64,000 nt of DNA. Source: Candidatus Komeilibacteria bacterium (lineage in GTDB: Bacteria; Patescibacteriota; Patescibacteriia; UBA1558). Position 1 is the stretch's first letter; every line of letters begins with the position of its first letter. The notes beneath the pieces were generated by a model. That model was not told where the DNA came from. It did not search any database and saw nothing but the letters and a program-made list of their open reading frames with translations. The position numbers were made by a program, and so were the translations under genes. Below, piece after piece: positions 40,193-49,731 of the stretch. The stretch spans positions 15,248 through 79,247 of the forward strand of contig JBLYPW010000003.1 in assembly GCA_048538275.1 (NCBI GenBank), read 5' to 3'.

Positions 40193-41443
40193 TTATTTTA
40201 TTATTGTTAGTTTTCTACTCAGTTGTTTATTCTGAGCAGTTATAACAACAATGTATGTGCCACTGGCAATATTGCCCGGTGACCAGTTAATCTCGTGCTG
40301 CCCAGCTGTTTGCCAGTTATTTATCAGCTGAGCCATTTGTTCACCTTTCATATTATATACAGACAGTTGAACTTGCCCGGACTGTGGCAGTTCATAGCTT
40401 ATGACCGTACTGGCATTGAAAGGGTTGGGATAATTGGGCAAAAGCGCATAATCCTGTGCGCTTATTGGCTCGGTTTCAAGGGCGGTGATATTGTATTCCG
40501 CACTTAAAATTATTCCGTTATAGCTGATAGTCCACAAGACTTCATTAATTTTTAGCTGGGCGCTGAAGAAATCCATACCGTCCAGTGGAGGATCAATGAT
40601 ATGTGACTGCCAAGTATTGCCATGATTTTCTGAGGCGTGTAATAGTTGGCCGCCCGTTATTATTGTCTGTTCATTCACCACAGTAAGCACCGTAGTCGGA
40701 TCAAAATTATCCGGAGTAGTAGGATAATTTATCACATTCCAGCTCAATCCCGCGTCATTACTGATCAAGATGGCATCCAGAGCGGTTGCATATATGGTAT
40801 TGCCACTGGTTTGCATTGTGGATATGCCCCAACCACCTATATTATACATAACCAATGACCAGGTGACGCCATAATTATCAGAGCGATAGATGCTATTGCT
40901 AAAGGGGTAGCTACCCATCAGCAAAACACCGTCACCAAGTTCCAGTAGGCCGTTTAAGCCGCTGCTAATGTCAACGCTCATTACTTGCCAACTGGACCCG
41001 CTATTCATTGATTTGGCCATAAAGCCGTTTGCCCCTACTACCAACATAGTTGAATTTGATAATTCAATTATGTCATAAATATGGGTTGCTTGGTTGAAAA
41101 CGGTTTTTGTCCATCCCGACTCATCACCTCGCAACACATATCCTTCGCCACGACTATGACCACCGACAATATAGAAATTATTGTCAGAGCTTAGCAGGGC
41201 ATCATACACTTCTTCGTGATCCAACTCTTTTATGAGCTGAAGACCAAATTCTGTATCATCCGGTGCTTTTTTGAGCCATATCCCGTTATTGCCGAATACA
41301 TTGATTGTGTCATTATTCGGTACGATGGCACGCAGCTGGCCAACCACTGGTGGATGATCCCAACTCATTATATTGGTAATACCAGCTATTGCGGTATTAT
41401 ACACCAATGATATTGCCAAGGTTATAATAAAACTTGATTTCAC
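40193..41443 (-). CDS. Secreted BNR/Asp-box repeat protein with T9SS-type C-terminal sorting domain (paralog 2)
   Basis: Same length (416 aa) and architecture as paralog 1. Asp-box motifs are SMNSGSSW, RSDNYGVTW, SNDAGLSW and SENHGNTW. The C-terminus NYPNPFNASTVISYELPQSGQVQLSVYNMKGE...GTYIVVITAQNK follows the same CTD pattern. Confidence 0.6.
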   Translation of the reverse strand: MKSSFIITLAISLVYNTAIAGITNIMSWDHPPVVGQLRAIVPNNDTINVFGNNGIWLKKAPDDTEFGLQLIKELDHEEVYDALLSSDNNFYIVGGHSRGEGYVLRGDESGWTKTVFNQATHIYDIIELSNSTMLVVGANGFMAKSMNSGSSWQVMSVDISSGLNGLLELGDGVLLMGSYPFSNSIYRSDNYGVTWSLVMYNIGGWGISTMQTSGNTIYATALDAILISNDAGLSWNVINYPTTPDNFDPTTVLTVVNEQTIITGGQLLHASENHGNTWQSHIIDPPLDGMDFFSAQLKINEVLWTISYNGIILSAEYNITALETEPISAQDYALLPNYPNPFNASTVISYELPQSGQVQLSVYNMKGEQMAQLINNWQTAGQHEINWSPGNIASGTYIVVITAQNKQLSRKLTIIK

Positions 41444-41508
41444 GAGAAACCTCCCTACATTTTTGGTTAAAGTACAATTTTTATAGCTAAGCTATAAATA
41501 ATTATATT

Positions 41509-41537
41509 ATCATACATTATTTTAGTAGATTTGTCAA
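41509..41537 (-). promoter_or_regulatory. Promoter of paralog 2 (minus strand): TTGACA-N17-TATGAT, abutting the repeat element
   Basis: Identical 29-nt promoter block to the one at 39990-40018. The -35 hexamer ends exactly at the left inverted repeat of the element. Confidence 0.45.
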
Positions 41538-41675
41538 CCCCGTTAGAGGTTTAGATAATTTTTTAACCTATTTTTACTATAGTTTTGCTTAGGTTTTGTG
41601 TCTAGTGTTTTTTAGTTACACTATATTGTATATGGTGTAAGAAAGTGTATTTATAGACCCAAACCTCTAACGGGG
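41538..41675. repeat. MITE-like intergenic element, copy A (138 bp) with 15-bp terminal inverted repeats CCCCGTTAGAGGTTT ... AAACCTCTAACGGGG
   Basis: It is about 85% identical over its length to copy B at 49732-49866. It has perfect terminal inverted repeats, is AT-rich internally and has no ORF. Confidence 0.6.
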
Positions 41676-41739
41676 CGGGTCTTCAAGAGATGATAATTTT
41701 CTGGTATAATAATAATGTAATTTATAACCGGTCAACACC

Positions 41740-44700
41740 GTGTTAAAACCTTTTCGGCCAGCGAAAAAAAAGAATGGCTATCGGCAACTGCGGGCAGTAC
41801 AATTACCCCTGGTTGTCTTGTTTTTGTTGGTGGCGGGAGCCGCTCTGTTTTGGTTGGTACCGCAGCCGGTCTTGGCTGTTGCTAGTATTAGTGATGCCAT
41901 TGCTAGCGCTCTAGCTACTATTTTGAATTGGGTGCTGAATTTTATTGGCAGCTTGATTAGTTCTATCCTCATACCCGTATTATCGCAATTGGCTGTTTTT
42001 AATGACTTTACCGGCTCCGGAGCCGTGGTGCAGGGATGGAAGTTGGTGCGTGATATCTGCAACATGTTTTTCATTGTCATGATGTTGGTGATATCAGTGG
42101 GTACAGTATTGAATATATCTTCTTATAGCTATAAGAATTTTCTTAAAAAGATTATTTTTATGGCTATTTTAATAAATTTTTCTAAAACCATTGCTGGTGC
42201 TTTGATTGATGTCGCGCAAATCGTCATGCTGACTTTTGTCAGCGCTTTCAAGGATAGCTTGATCGTGGGTTTTGCGCAGGCTTTTGGCTTGAATAAATTG
42301 ACCAGTTTAGGGACTACTGTGAATGACGCTGGCTATGTTGAAAAAGACAATTGGTCTATTTTGATGGGCGTTGTTTTTGCTATAGTGATAGCGGCCATAT
42401 TAGCGATTGTTTTGATTGGTATGATTATTATGTTAGCTGCCCGTATTGTGATGTTATGGGTTTTGGTAGTCTTATCACCCTTTGCGTATTTGGCCAATAT
42501 TTTGCCCGGCCGCTTGTCTTCATTGGGTGGACAGTGGTGGAAACAATTTACTGATCAGTTGATAGTTGGCCCGGTAATTGCCTTCTTTTTATGGTTAGCT
42601 TTATCTGTTGCCGGATCACCGGGTGGTTTTATTGGTGAAAACGTTGATACGAGCAATCAGCCTACCAGTTTGATTGACAGTAGCTTGGCTAATGCTAGTT
42701 TTTTGATGAATTATGTGATGGGTATTTTGATGTTGATAGTGGGTATGAAAATGGCTAAGAGCATGGGTGGAGCGGCCGGCGCTGCTTTTGGTAAGGGCAC
42801 TGGTTGGGCGCAGAAATATGGTTGGCAAGGGGTCAAGGGATCTTTCAAAGGCGTTGGCAAGTCTGTTTCTTGGGCTAGAGATGCTAGTAAGGCTTTTGGT
42901 CGTAAAGGGGGTAGTAAAGAATATTTGGATGAATTGGATCAAAAACGTGACGCCTATGCTGCTCGGGGTGGCGTTATGGGAACTTTAAATTCTTTGCGCT
43001 TGGCACGTAAAATTGATAAATATAAAGGTAGGGAAAAGAGTAGAAAGGAAGCAGCGGGGATTGTTTTGAAAAAATTTGGTTTGGATGGCGAGGCCGCTCA
43101 AAAGACTTTAGTGACTGCTAGTCAAATAAGGGAAGATAAGAAAAAAAATAACATTAAGAGAGTAGTTGTTGATGAGGTAAGTAAGGAGTTTGCCGGTGAT
43201 GATAAATTAGCGCAAGTGAAGACAGATATTAAGACGAAAAAAGCTAAGACATTGTTATCTGGTGATAAAGAAAGCGCGATGATGAATTATTATGCTGATA
43301 AAGAAATCAACGTCACCGAAGAAGATAAACAGGCTTATCGTGAAAAAAATCCCTCTGCTATATCGCCAGATTATGATTTGACTGATGATCAGCTGCGTGA
43401 AGTCAGGGAACAGAAAACCAAAACGGCCTGGCAAAAGTTGAGCAAAAAGGAACAAGGTGAATGGCAGGACAGGTTTTTGCAGGATATAAATAATAAACCA
43501 TTTCTCAATGAACAACCAGTTACTGAGGAAGATATAGAGCAGTTCAAACAAGAAGAAATAAATCAACGTACGGAAGCAAAGTTGAAAGATTTTACTTATA
43601 GGCCACGGGGCATGAGTATGACCGCTCCGGCTAATATTATGCGCTATGCGGTTGACTGGGCTAAGGGCAAACAGGAAGACCGTTTGAATATGGAAAAATT
43701 AGGTCAGGTTTTGCCCGCTAATCCTGACTCTTTTAGAGCTTATAATATTTTGGATCCATTGAACGCAGTTAAACCAGCGGCAGCAGAAGCGATCATGAAA
43801 CAAATGGACGCGAATGCAATATATAAGCAGTATAAGCATTTGGATGACAAAGTAAATGATGCCGAAACCAAAGAAAAAAGACAAAAGGCCAATAAAGCAA
43901 GAACAGCATGGCTAATGGGAGCCCAATTTCTTAAGGGAAAATTATCTCAAGTGGATGAGTTCCTTGGTCGTTTACCAGATGGTGTGAGCGTGGTGCAGCC
44001 TGATGAAAAGGTTGAGGCGTTAAGTAGTGTTAAAATAGAAAAATCCAAACGTGATTTCCGTGTGGACAATACCGATATTGAAAAAATGGAAAATACCAAG
44101 CGTGCCGCCATGGAACACATGATAAGCCTGGGACCCGAAGAGACGGTAAATAGTATTAAAGGTGAGTCTGGCTGGCAGATTGACACGACCAATTCTGACT
44201 TGGATGCCGATCAGGTGGTGCTGAAAAATGGTGATCAAAGTCAAACTATGACTACGGATCAATTTGTACGTAGCAACGGCAAGTTAATGTCGGAGCGATT
44301 TTATGATAGCGCTAGCGCAAAAATGGGTAGTGATAATTTTGTGGAGAAAGATAAGTTTGATGACTATACTCGGATACGTCAGAGTAGCCAATATGGCGTT
44401 ACTTTGCGGGCCGGCAATGACAAAGCAGCGGTTGATTTTGATCGTTTGCAAGAAGTAGTTGGTGACAAATTGGATATAAACGATATAGCTTTGCAAGGTG
44501 AAAATGTTAATGGTGATGAAGCTGTGATTATTGCCAATGGTATGCGACAAATGATAGAAGAGCAAAAGCAGGCTTTGGCTGACAGCGAAGATGAAGAACA
44601 GACCAGGCAGATATTGTTTGATTATTTTGGTAAAGATACGTCGGCCTCTGGTGAAAAATTGGCAAAAATAAAAAATGAAACCTTGATAAACGCGGATGCC

Positions 44701-46875
44701 AATATAGCAAATTTGGACATGGCCGATGCCACAAATGTTCAAACAATGCGTGAAAATGGTTTGCGTTTATTTAACAAACATCGGGCGGGCGGAGAGATAA
44801 GGCAGTTGTACGAACATGAAACTAAACATGGTTGGTTGGATAAGGTTGATCCGGATAAATCTATGCGCCAGCAAGCTTGGGCCGATATGACAGAGACAGA
44901 TCGCCAGGCTGCCAAAGATTATATTATACGCACGAGAGGCGAGGGTGATTGGACTGATGAAGAAATCGCTGGTGAGTATTTGGTGGATGCTTTGCAAAAA
45001 CGGCAAAGCAAGGATTCGGCTGAACGACCACCAGAGTTACCACAAGCTATTAAGCGACGTTTCACGGAAGCAGAAGATTATCAGATAAGTGAAGAATCTG
45101 GCTCAGCAGTAGATCATGAGTCTATGATCAAGACTTTAGCCGGTAAATATGTTGCTCGTAAAAATATCAAACAGCAAGATTATGAACAATCAGCCAGAGA
45201 ACAAAATACCTCTTTCTTGAATGCGGCTGCCAGAGCCGAGCAAGCGAACCAGCAAGCCAAAGTTGAGTTTAAGACAGCGACTAGTAAAGCACGACAAGAC
45301 AGCATTGGCAGCGCGCCCCAATCTATTGGCGGTAGCCAAACATTTGTTAGTACTGCACAGCGAGCTGATTTGGAAAAACGTTTTGGCCGCACTCTTTCTA
45401 GTGAAGAAGTTAAAAAATTCTCCGATATGAAGCGTAAAGAATTGAACCAAACAATAGAGGGGGAAAAGGCCAAGCAATTACGACAACAAGAGTCTGAGCG
45501 CGCGGCCGAGCTTAGTAAACAATATTATAGCGAACAAGAACGTAAACAGGATTATCTACGCAACAAAGCCAAGGAAGTTAATAAATATAGAGACGAGCAA
45601 AAGTATTATAATAATAATGCGGCAGCTCGTCAGGTGATAGCTGATAATGTAAAAAGTGGTGACTTGCCTATTGGTCAGTTAATGAAAATGAGTTCTACGG
45701 AAAGACAAGAACAACTTACCAATCTTTTACAACAAGCTGTCAAAGAGGGCGGGCTTGATGTGCAAGCTGAGTCATTACCCGCTATTGTTAACAATATAGA
45801 GGCGCAGCTGGATACAGAGGATATTAAAGTAGGTAACACATATGATCAAGGAGTAGCTTATCAAGCTTTACAGAGTCAGGCTAAGACGGATAAGAAGCTA
45901 GCAAATGATGCTGGTAAAGAAGCTGATAAATCTGTTAAATTTTGGGACAAAGAGATTACCAAGATTGATAGATCTGCTGGTCAGATAAAGACACGGGCAG
46001 AAAAAAGCGCGGCAGCTGCCAAGGCAACGACGACTGGCGGAAGTGATGCAATATCATCAATGCGCCAGGAATCAGCTAAACAACAGTCTGGCAAAAGACC
46101 AGTAGCGCCCAGCACAAGCAGTCGTTCTGATAATATGCCCGCTACTGGATCAGATGGAGTTGAACGAATGGAGCAGCGGTCAGAGCAGCGGTCAGAGCAG
46201 CGGTCAGAGCAGCGGTCAGAGCAGCGGTCAGAGCATGAGCGTAAGACCGACACGAGGACGCAATCCAATCAGACCGGGTCGGCTGAAAAGAAGGCTACGG
46301 ATCGTGTGATTCGTAGTGAAAAGAATACTATCACTTCGTCAGAAGCTGGCGCAAAGCCTGCCAGTCCGACAGCTGCACCGGCTGCCAAACCGCTTGGCAA
46401 AGCGACAGAGGCACCTTCTCAGCCAGCAGGCAATATAACTAGTACGGTTGAGCAGAGTGATAAAGTAGTTGGATTGTTAAATGATATTAGAGGTTTATTG
46501 AACGGACGTACTGGTCCTATAGCAGCCAGCAATACGTCTGTTATGGGACAGGCTTTGATGTCGCCGCAGCAATTTAAGTTATTAAAAAAACAATTTCAGT
46601 CTTTGGCCGCCAGTATAGCTGCCAATAAATCAAGTCAGAAAGTACTGGGTCAGGAAACAATGGATAAGTTAAATCACGTGAATAGCGCCTTACAGTCCAC
46701 GCAAGTAGATGATGATCATGATGTTGATATTGATTTGACAATGCAGGCAATGGATATAAATCCGTCCGACCTGGCCGCGATTTTAAAGAAAGTGGAGGAG
46801 CAACAAAAGAAAGATGCGGAAGATGATCAGGATGATGATATCCAGCCGCCCGCTAATTTACCAACAGCCACTTAG
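41740..46875 (+). CDS. Giant (1711 aa) polytopic membrane protein with about 1350-aa charged, low-complexity C-terminal region; VirB6/TrbL-like architecture is speculative
   Basis: The N-terminal roughly 340 aa have 6-8 TM helices. Downstream are a Gly-rich linker (GGAAGAAFGKGTGW) and a long E/K/Q/D-rich region with coiled-coil character that contains a (EQRS)5 repeat. Confidence 0.6.
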   Translation: MLKPFRPAKKKNGYRQLRAVQLPLVVLFLLVAGAALFWLVPQPVLAVASISDAIASALATILNWVLNFIGSLISSILIPVLSQLAVFNDFTGSGAVVQGWKLVRDICNMFFIVMMLVISVGTVLNISSYSYKNFLKKIIFMAILINFSKTIAGALIDVAQIVMLTFVSAFKDSLIVGFAQAFGLNKLTSLGTTVNDAGYVEKDNWSILMGVVFAIVIAAILAIVLIGMIIMLAARIVMLWVLVVLSPFAYLANILPGRLSSLGGQWWKQFTDQLIVGPVIAFFLWLALSVAGSPGGFIGENVDTSNQPTSLIDSSLANASFLMNYVMGILMLIVGMKMAKSMGGAAGAAFGKGTGWAQKYGWQGVKGSFKGVGKSVSWARDASKAFGRKGGSKEYLDELDQKRDAYAARGGVMGTLNSLRLARKIDKYKGREKSRKEAAGIVLKKFGLDGEAAQKTLVTASQIREDKKKNNIKRVVVDEVSKEFAGDDKLAQVKTDIKTKKAKTLLSGDKESAMMNYYADKEINVTEEDKQAYREKNPSAISPDYDLTDDQLREVREQKTKTAWQKLSKKEQGEWQDRFLQDINNKPFLNEQPVTEEDIEQFKQEEINQRTEAKLKDFTYRPRGMSMTAPANIMRYAVDWAKGKQEDRLNMEKLGQVLPANPDSFRAYNILDPLNAVKPAAAEAIMKQMDANAIYKQYKHLDDKVNDAETKEKRQKANKARTAWLMGAQFLKGKLSQVDEFLGRLPDGVSVVQPDEKVEALSSVKIEKSKRDFRVDNTDIEKMENTKRAAMEHMISLGPEETVNSIKGESGWQIDTTNSDLDADQVVLKNGDQSQTMTTDQFVRSNGKLMSERFYDSASAKMGSDNFVEKDKFDDYTRIRQSSQYGVTLRAGNDKAAVDFDRLQEVVGDKLDINDIALQGENVNGDEAVIIANGMRQMIEEQKQALADSEDEEQTRQILFDYFGKDTSASGEKLAKIKNETLINADANIANLDMADATNVQTMRENGLRLFNKHRAGGEIRQLYEHETKHGWLDKVDPDKSMRQQAWADMTETDRQAAKDYIIRTRGEGDWTDEEIAGEYLVDALQKRQSKDSAERPPELPQAIKRRFTEAEDYQISEESGSAVDHESMIKTLAGKYVARKNIKQQDYEQSAREQNTSFLNAAARAEQANQQAKVEFKTATSKARQDSIGSAPQSIGGSQTFVSTAQRADLEKRFGRTLSSEEVKKFSDMKRKELNQTIEGEKAKQLRQQESERAAELSKQYYSEQERKQDYLRNKAKEVNKYRDEQKYYNNNAAARQVIADNVKSGDLPIGQLMKMSSTERQEQLTNLLQQAVKEGGLDVQAESLPAIVNNIEAQLDTEDIKVGNTYDQGVAYQALQSQAKTDKKLANDAGKEADKSVKFWDKEITKIDRSAGQIKTRAEKSAAAAKATTTGGSDAISSMRQESAKQQSGKRPVAPSTSSRSDNMPATGSDGVERMEQRSEQRSEQRSEQRSEQRSEHERKTDTRTQSNQTGSAEKKATDRVIRSEKNTITSSEAGAKPASPTAAPAAKPLGKATEAPSQPAGNITSTVEQSDKVVGLLNDIRGLLNGRTGPIAASNTSVMGQALMSPQQFKLLKKQFQSLAASIAANKSSQKVLGQETMDKLNHVNSALQSTQVDDDHDVDIDLTMQAMDINPSDLAAILKKVEEQQKKDAEDDQDDDIQPPANLPTAT
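46171..46230 (+). repeat. Five perfect tandem copies of GAGCAGCGGTCA (12 nt) inside the 41740..46875 CDS
   Basis: They encode EQRSEQRSEQRSEQRSEQRS, and a degenerate sixth unit (GAGCATGAGCGT) follows. Confidence 0.8.
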
Positions 46876-46876
46876 T

Positions 46877-47686
46877 ATGGTTAAAGAAAAAAATGTTAAA
46901 CAATATCTAGAAGATGATGAAACAGCTGCCAAGCTGGATATTTTGAGTTATAAATATAATATTCCTGCGCGAGCCGTGGCGAGCGCGATATTGTCGGGTG
47001 AGTTACCGCATGATTTGGTCACCGGCTTTTTAGAAGAGGAGTTAAAGTTGGAAGCAGAACAAGCCAAAGAATTATGGATCAGTATTCAAGAAGTGATTAT
47101 TGCTCCTTGGCAAGATTGGCAGCCGGTCAAGACTACTATTGCTGCGCCAGAAGATAATTCTGGATCTATACATTTTCACAAGGATAGCTGGCGTGAATTT
47201 TTGAAACCGGATAATTTATTGGCCGCGCAAGCCGAGTTACAACGGGTCAGTAGCGGTCAGATAGCAAAAATAGTTGATTATTTATGGCAATCACTAGGCC
47301 TGGAGAAAAAGCAAGAAGTAATTACTATTTTAGTATATCTTGCAAAAAAAGGTCAGTTATTAAAATTGTGGCAAGACCATAGGCTAGCCGGTATATTACG
47401 TAAGTACTTGATAGTAGATAAACAATTTGGTGAGGCTCAGGTAGAAAAATGGCTCAATTCGCCTTGGACTGCCGGTATGTTGAGCCTAGCTTTGCGCCAG
47501 ATTTTACAGAGTAAACTTGGTTTTGATAATAGCGAGGCAGCACAAATTAGCTTGTCTATTATTGATCAGCTGGGGCCGGCCGATAAAGCTCGCTTTATTT
47601 TGATAGCTTATGTTGATACTAAAGATAATAAACTTTATTGGTCTGAGGTAGAGCCGGATGATAGCGGTTTATTGCTAGCGGTGTGA
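46877..47686 (+). CDS. Hypothetical protein (269 aa); start adjusted to the ATG overlapping the upstream stop (TAGTATG)
   Basis: The track ORF 46814..47686 overlaps the giant gene by 62 nt, whereas the internal Met at 46877 follows its stop codon directly. No motif was recognised. Confidence 0.45.
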   Translation: MVKEKNVKQYLEDDETAAKLDILSYKYNIPARAVASAILSGELPHDLVTGFLEEELKLEAEQAKELWISIQEVIIAPWQDWQPVKTTIAAPEDNSGSIHFHKDSWREFLKPDNLLAAQAELQRVSSGQIAKIVDYLWQSLGLEKKQEVITILVYLAKKGQLLKLWQDHRLAGILRKYLIVDKQFGEAQVEKWLNSPWTAGMLSLALRQILQSKLGFDNSEAAQISLSIIDQLGPADKARFILIAYVDTKDNKLYWSEVEPDDSGLLLAV

Positions 47687-47708
47687 GCTGTATAAAAATA
47701 TTAAAAAA

Positions 47709-47735
47709 CCTCTGCCCTAAGGCAGAGGTTTTTTG
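47709..47735. terminator. Hairpin CCTCTGCC-CTAA-GGCAGAGG followed by TTTTTTG, bidirectional between convergent genes
   Basis: 8-bp stem with a T-run on plus and an A-run upstream that gives a T-run on minus. Confidence 0.55.
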
Positions 47736-47754
47736 AACCTAATACAATTATGAT

Positions 47755-48312
47755 TTAAGCCCTTTCCACATATTCGCCAGTTTCGGTATTGACACGAATT
47801 GTGTCGCCTTGATTAATAAACAAAGGAGCTTTGATTTCCGCACCGGTTTCCAGCGTTACCACTTTATTAGCAGATCCAGCAGTGTCACCCTTGATTCCAG
47901 GAGGAGCCTCTGTTACTTTCAGCTCAACTTTGGTGGGCAGCTTGATTGATACTGGCTTATTATTAAATACTAAAGTATCAACTGTCATACCATCCATGAT
48001 AAAGTCAGCAGCCAAGCCAACTTCGTCCAAGTTTAGTTCAAACTGCTCAAAAGATTCATTATTCATAAAGTGAAAAGCGTCTCCTTCGCGGTAAAGAAAG
48101 TTAGCTTTTTGTCTTTGCAGGTTGGCTTCTTCTACTTTATCTCCGCCAGAAAAAGTTTTTTCCAAAGTTTGTCCGGTGACAAGATTTTTTAATTTAGTGC
48201 GTAGACTGGCGCCGCCGCGGGCAACTTTTATGTGTTGAGTATAGGTGATTTGATAAGGTTGGCTGTCTATATCTATGACCGTTCCTAGTTTTAGTTCACT
48301 CATTGATAACAT
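47755..48312 (-). CDS. efp: Elongation factor P, Arg-type loop (R at the position of the modified Lys)
   Basis: ...YQITYTQHIKVARGGASLRTKLKNLVTGQ...HFMNNESFEQFEL...GDTAG... runs through all three domains. Where E. coli has KPGKGQA, the loop reads VARGGAS. Confidence 0.85.
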   Translation of the reverse strand: MLSMSELKLGTVIDIDSQPYQITYTQHIKVARGGASLRTKLKNLVTGQTLEKTFSGGDKVEEANLQRQKANFLYREGDAFHFMNNESFEQFELNLDEVGLAADFIMDGMTVDTLVFNNKPVSIKLPTKVELKVTEAPPGIKGDTAGSANKVVTLETGAEIKAPLFINQGDTIRVNTETGEYVERA

Positions 48313-48351
48313 AAGTTTTATTTTAGTTAATAAGTGTATTTGATAAAAAAA

Positions 48352-48393
48352 CCCGCCCCAGTCCGTCGCCCGAAGGGGACGGACTGGGGCGGG
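48352..48393 (-). terminator. 16-bp perfect GC-rich hairpin CCCGCCCCAGTCCGTC-N10-GACGGACTGGGGCGGG downstream of rpsR
   Basis: On the minus strand TTTTTTTATCAAATAC follows it. Confidence 0.6.
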
Positions 48394-48403
48394 AGGAAAA
48401 TAA

Positions 48404-48637
48404 TTATTTACTGGTATAGGGGAGGAGAGCCATAAAACGAGCCCGTTTGATAGCTTGGGACATTATGCGTTGGTGCTTATTGCAGACTCCGCTACGTTTG
48501 CGCGGGACAATTTTACCATAGGAGGATAAGAACCGTTGTAGCAGTTGTACATTCTTAAAGTCAATATCAGCGATACCATTAACACAGAAATGACAGTATT
48601 TTTTATCAGTTTTTATCAATTGATTATTCTTGGCCAT
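48404..48637 (-). CDS. rpsR: 30S ribosomal protein S18
   Basis: ...CHFCVNGIADIDFKNVQLLQRFLSSYGKIVPRKRSGVCNKHQRIMSQAIKRARFMALLPYT is the S18 signature. Confidence 0.85.
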   Translation of the reverse strand: MAKNNQLIKTDKKYCHFCVNGIADIDFKNVQLLQRFLSSYGKIVPRKRSGVCNKHQRIMSQAIKRARFMALLPYTSK

Positions 48638-48662
48638 AATTTTTTAGTGATTTAAATCTTGT

Positions 48663-49594
<932 letters not shown>

Positions 49595-49702
49595 TAGGTC
49601 TCCATCTTACCCCACGGTGACTAAATCCGGGGGACTGTCGGCCGCGAACAGCCGATAGCACGGTTAAGACTAAATAATAAAATATACTTTAAAAGCGTTT
49701 GT

Positions 49703-49731
49703 ATTCTAGATTATATTGTTTTTTTTGTCAA
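49703..49731 (-). promoter_or_regulatory. Candidate rpsF operon promoter (minus strand): TTGACA-N17-TAGAAT, abutting repeat copy B
   Basis: The minus-strand read is TTGACAaaaaaaacaatataatcTAGAAT. It would give an approximately 105-nt GC-rich structured leader before the rpsF ATG. Confidence 0.4.

Noticed and set aside
38639-41443. Two equal-length (1251-nt) minus-strand genes as possible IS/transposase copies
   Set aside because: Their translations are secreted BNR/T9SS-CTD proteins rather than transposases, and nucleotide identity is limited to promoter and CTD segments.
46171-46230. Possible CRISPR-like array
   Set aside because: It is only a 12-nt in-frame coding microsatellite with no spacers. 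No repeat-spacer architecture or cas genes occur anywhere in the window.
41778-46268. Antisense and out-of-frame ORFs inside the 1711-aa gene (41778..42080, 42616..42942, 44284..44742, 45981..46268 and others)
   Set aside because: They are shadow ORFs. The 45981..46268 one merely mirrors the (EQRS)5 repeat as CSDR repeats.
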